Source: Octopus sinensis (taxonomy: Eukaryota). Taken from it: 11,964 bases of DNA. The notes under the pieces are model-generated. The model saw only the letters and a list, made by a program, of their open reading frames with translations, ran no database searches and was not told the origin of the DNA. Positions 9,432-11,964 of the stretch are shown here, piece by piece. The position numbers and the translations under genes are program-made. How positions within the stretch are numbered: position 1 is the stretch's first letter; each line of letters starts with the position of its first letter. The DNA is taken from NCBI RefSeq assembly GCF_006345805.1, contig NW_021826832.1, positions 1-11,964 of the forward strand, written 5' to 3'.

Positions 9432-9632
9432 ATAAGGCCCGCAAATTAAGAGAGAGGTGTAAGTCGATTACATTACCCCCCCCCCATGCTCAATTGGTGA
9501 TTATTTTGTCGGCGCCGAAGCCTGAAGTGCAAAGTCGTCTCCAGCGGCCTTTGAACTCAGAATGTAAGTTCGGAATAAATGTCACTAAGTATTTTATTTG
9601 GCACAGTAATGATTTTCTCAGCTCGCCGCCTT
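9432..9632 (-). mobile_element. Old, near full-length diverged copy related to SINE family A
   Basis: Reverse complement starts AAGGCGGCGAGCTG and contains TTCTGAGTTCAAA, GACTTTGC and GTAATCGACTT, collinear with 1-140 and 202-322. Confidence 0.7.
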
Positions 9633-9789
9633 ACACATATATAGACGTATTGCCGCATACTATATTAAATGCTACACATCTACCTTCCTGCCTACATCTT
9701 ATTCCCTAACTACCTGCCCACCTACCGGTCTAAATAGCAAATCAAACCATCTATCTATATATCGATCAAGCAATCTGTCTGCCGGTCTG

Positions 9790-10070
9790 TATGTGAGTGT
9801 ATATGCATTTAATATAAATATATTATATATATATATATATAATAATATTATATATATATATTATATATATATATATATATATATTATACATACATACAAG
9901 ACATATATATATGTATACATGCATGCATATACATTCCTATATGTATATATGTCTCTATGTATATTGTGTATATATATATATATATATATGCGTGTGTTGT
10001 ATTGTATATATTATATATATATAAATATAATTCATAGACATGTGCGTATATATGTGTGTGTGTATACATA
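9790..10070. repeat. Degenerate (TA)n/(TG)n microsatellite
   Basis: Seen directly. Confidence 0.9.
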
Positions 10071-10206
10071 CAATCGTATAATCTTAGGCATGCATTCCCT
10101 CGGCAACGATATCTTAAAAATCAGTTATTTATAATCGAAATTTTCATAAACAAATTTTGAAAACTGAATTAAGCTGAAAAATGAAAATAATGATAGCAAT
10201 TATGAT

Positions 10207-10208
<2 letters not shown>

Positions 10209-10261
<53 letters not shown>
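10209..10261. repeat. (TAA)n microsatellite at the LINE 5' junction
   Basis: About 17 perfect units, directly followed by RT coding sequence. Confidence 0.95.
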
Positions 10262-11964
10262 TTCCCTAATGAACAGAAAGGATGTAAACGTGGATCCTAC
10301 GGCTGTAAAGACCACTACTCATCAATAAGATGATCTTAGAAGATTGTCACAAACGACACAAAAACTTATCAATAGCCTGGATAGACTATAAAAAAGGCTT
10401 TGATAGCCTACCACATAGCTGATTAGGAAATGCCTTGAAATGTATAAGATAGCACCAACTCTGCGAAACTTCTTGACTGTAAGTATGAGATCATGGAGAA
10501 CCACACTAACTCTGAACAGTGACAGTGAATCCCTAAATGCTGGTGATGTAAAATTTCGTGTGGCATTTTCCAGGGTGACTCACTGTCACCACTCCTCTTT
10601 TTTTTATCCTTAATACCTCTCTCAAAGCTGCTCCAATGACGCGCAGTACGGGTATAAAATGTTTGAAATAAAAATTAATCATCTCTTTTACATGGAATGA
10701 TTTAAAGCTTTTTGCAAAAAATGATCAACAACTCAAGGGCGTTACTAGCGATAGTCAAAAACATTCAGTGACGACATCAGAATGCAATCGGCCCTCGATA
10801 AATGTGCCAAAGGCTACCTTTATCAAGGAAAAATGACAGAAACATCTAACGTTAACCTTGACCAACAGAATGTCATAAAAGAACTAGACCCAGCGGAGAG
10901 CTACAAGTACCTAGGGGTAATGTGAGGGAACGGAATAGGCATTCAGAGATGAAGGAAAGGATCAGGAGAGAATGCTATCGACGAGTGAGAGCAATACTCA
11001 AGACAGAGCTGAATGCAAGAAACAGGATCGAAGCAATCGATGCATTAGCTATACCAGTCGTGACTTACAGTTTCAATATTGTTAACTGGTCAATTACTGA
11101 AATATGTCAGCTCGACAGAAATATAAGGAAACTGTTGACAATGCATAGAATGCACCACCCTAAGGCAGATACAGAACGACTCTATCTGCCAAGAAAAGAG
11201 GGAGGCCGTGGTCTTTTGCAACTGGCAATAACAATGAGATTGCTACAATTGGCCTAGACACCTACCTAAAAACTCTGAGGACTGGATGTTAAAACTTGTC
11301 TCAAAACATGAAAACAAGAAGCATCATACTCAGTCACAAAAACAGGCAAAGGAATATCTAAGTGAATTCCGAATACAACCAATTTCGGAATTAGAGATAG
11401 ACATACAAGAACAAGCACAGAAAAAGCTAGGCGCATGAAAACCCGTGCCAAAACTGCGGCCTTAGATATTCTGAATAATAAATGGCAAGAAAAACCTCTC
11501 TATGGCAAATACCCAAAGAGAGCGAATAATGCGATATCGACAAAGCCCTGACCCTCAATGGCTAATGGCCTCTGGCTTAAATCTGAAACAGAGGGGTTTA
11601 TCATAGCAGCTTAAGATCAATGCCCTACCACAAGAAACTACCAGGCCAACATATTAAAGATCAGAAGCAGTCCAACGTGTCGTGTATGCAAGTAACAAAA
11701 TGAAACCAAGTGCAGTCTTCTAGCGCCTACAGAGTATCTCACAGGCCGATAGAGCTGCACAATATATTCACTGGGTAATCTGTAAAAACCTGGATTTGCC
11801 CCATGAAAAACTGGTGGGAACACAAACCACCCCCAGTGCTTGAAAATGACCACATCTCTCACTCCTCTGGAACTTCACCATTCAAACTGACAGGAAGATA
11901 GATGCAAATAGGCAGACATCATATTGAAAGACTTCAACAAAAGAACATGCCTCCTCATTGATAT
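10262..11964 (+). mobile_element. Dong/R4-clade non-LTR retrotransposon (RT + zinc knuckle + restriction-like endonuclease); 5'-truncated, frameshifted, continues past the window
   Basis: Manual translation across frameshifts gives EQKGCKRGSYGCKD, AWIDYKKGFDSLPH, GIFQGDSLSPLLF (10562), HLFYM(D)DLKLFA (about 10680), LDKCAK, YKYLGV (10902), HPKADTERLYLPRKEGGRGL (in ORF 10922-11257), YGKYP, SETEGFIIAA*DQCLPTRNY, CRVC (11678), and LWNFTIQTDRKIDANR(P)DII..LID. This motif order is characteristic of R4/Dong elements. Confidence 0.92.

Noticed and set aside
1039-10134. Many ORFs rich in YI/HT/CV/N/I repeats
   Set aside because: They are translations of microsatellites or SINEs, not genes.
10322-11862. 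Minus-strand ORFs 10322-10504, 11266-11451 and 11638-11862
   Set aside because: Antisense shadows of the LINE coding sequence.

Overview
Repeat-rich, AT-rich, non-genic eukaryotic DNA. The SINE families and microsatellite load look like an octopus (coleoid cephalopod) genome; I recognised this from memory, not by search. No host protein-coding gene is supported. The window holds several tRNA-derived SINE copies, many microsatellites, and a 5'-truncated, frameshifted Dong/R4-clade non-LTR retrotransposon (RT, zinc knuckle, restriction-like endonuclease) abutting an (AAT)n tract at 10262-11964. The main observation is at 4530-6890, between two (TA)n tracts: a ~490-bp non-coding unit repeated about 3 times in one orientation and about 1.9 times in the opposite orientation. 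Each unit carries a type I hammerhead ribozyme (CUGAAGA...GAAAC...GUA) with a palindromic stem III and an unusually long, G-U-rich stem II extension, and the rest of the unit is extensively self-complementary. This looks like an integrated multimeric cDNA of a structured ~490-nt circular RNA, i.e. a retrozyme or non-autonomous Penelope-like element.
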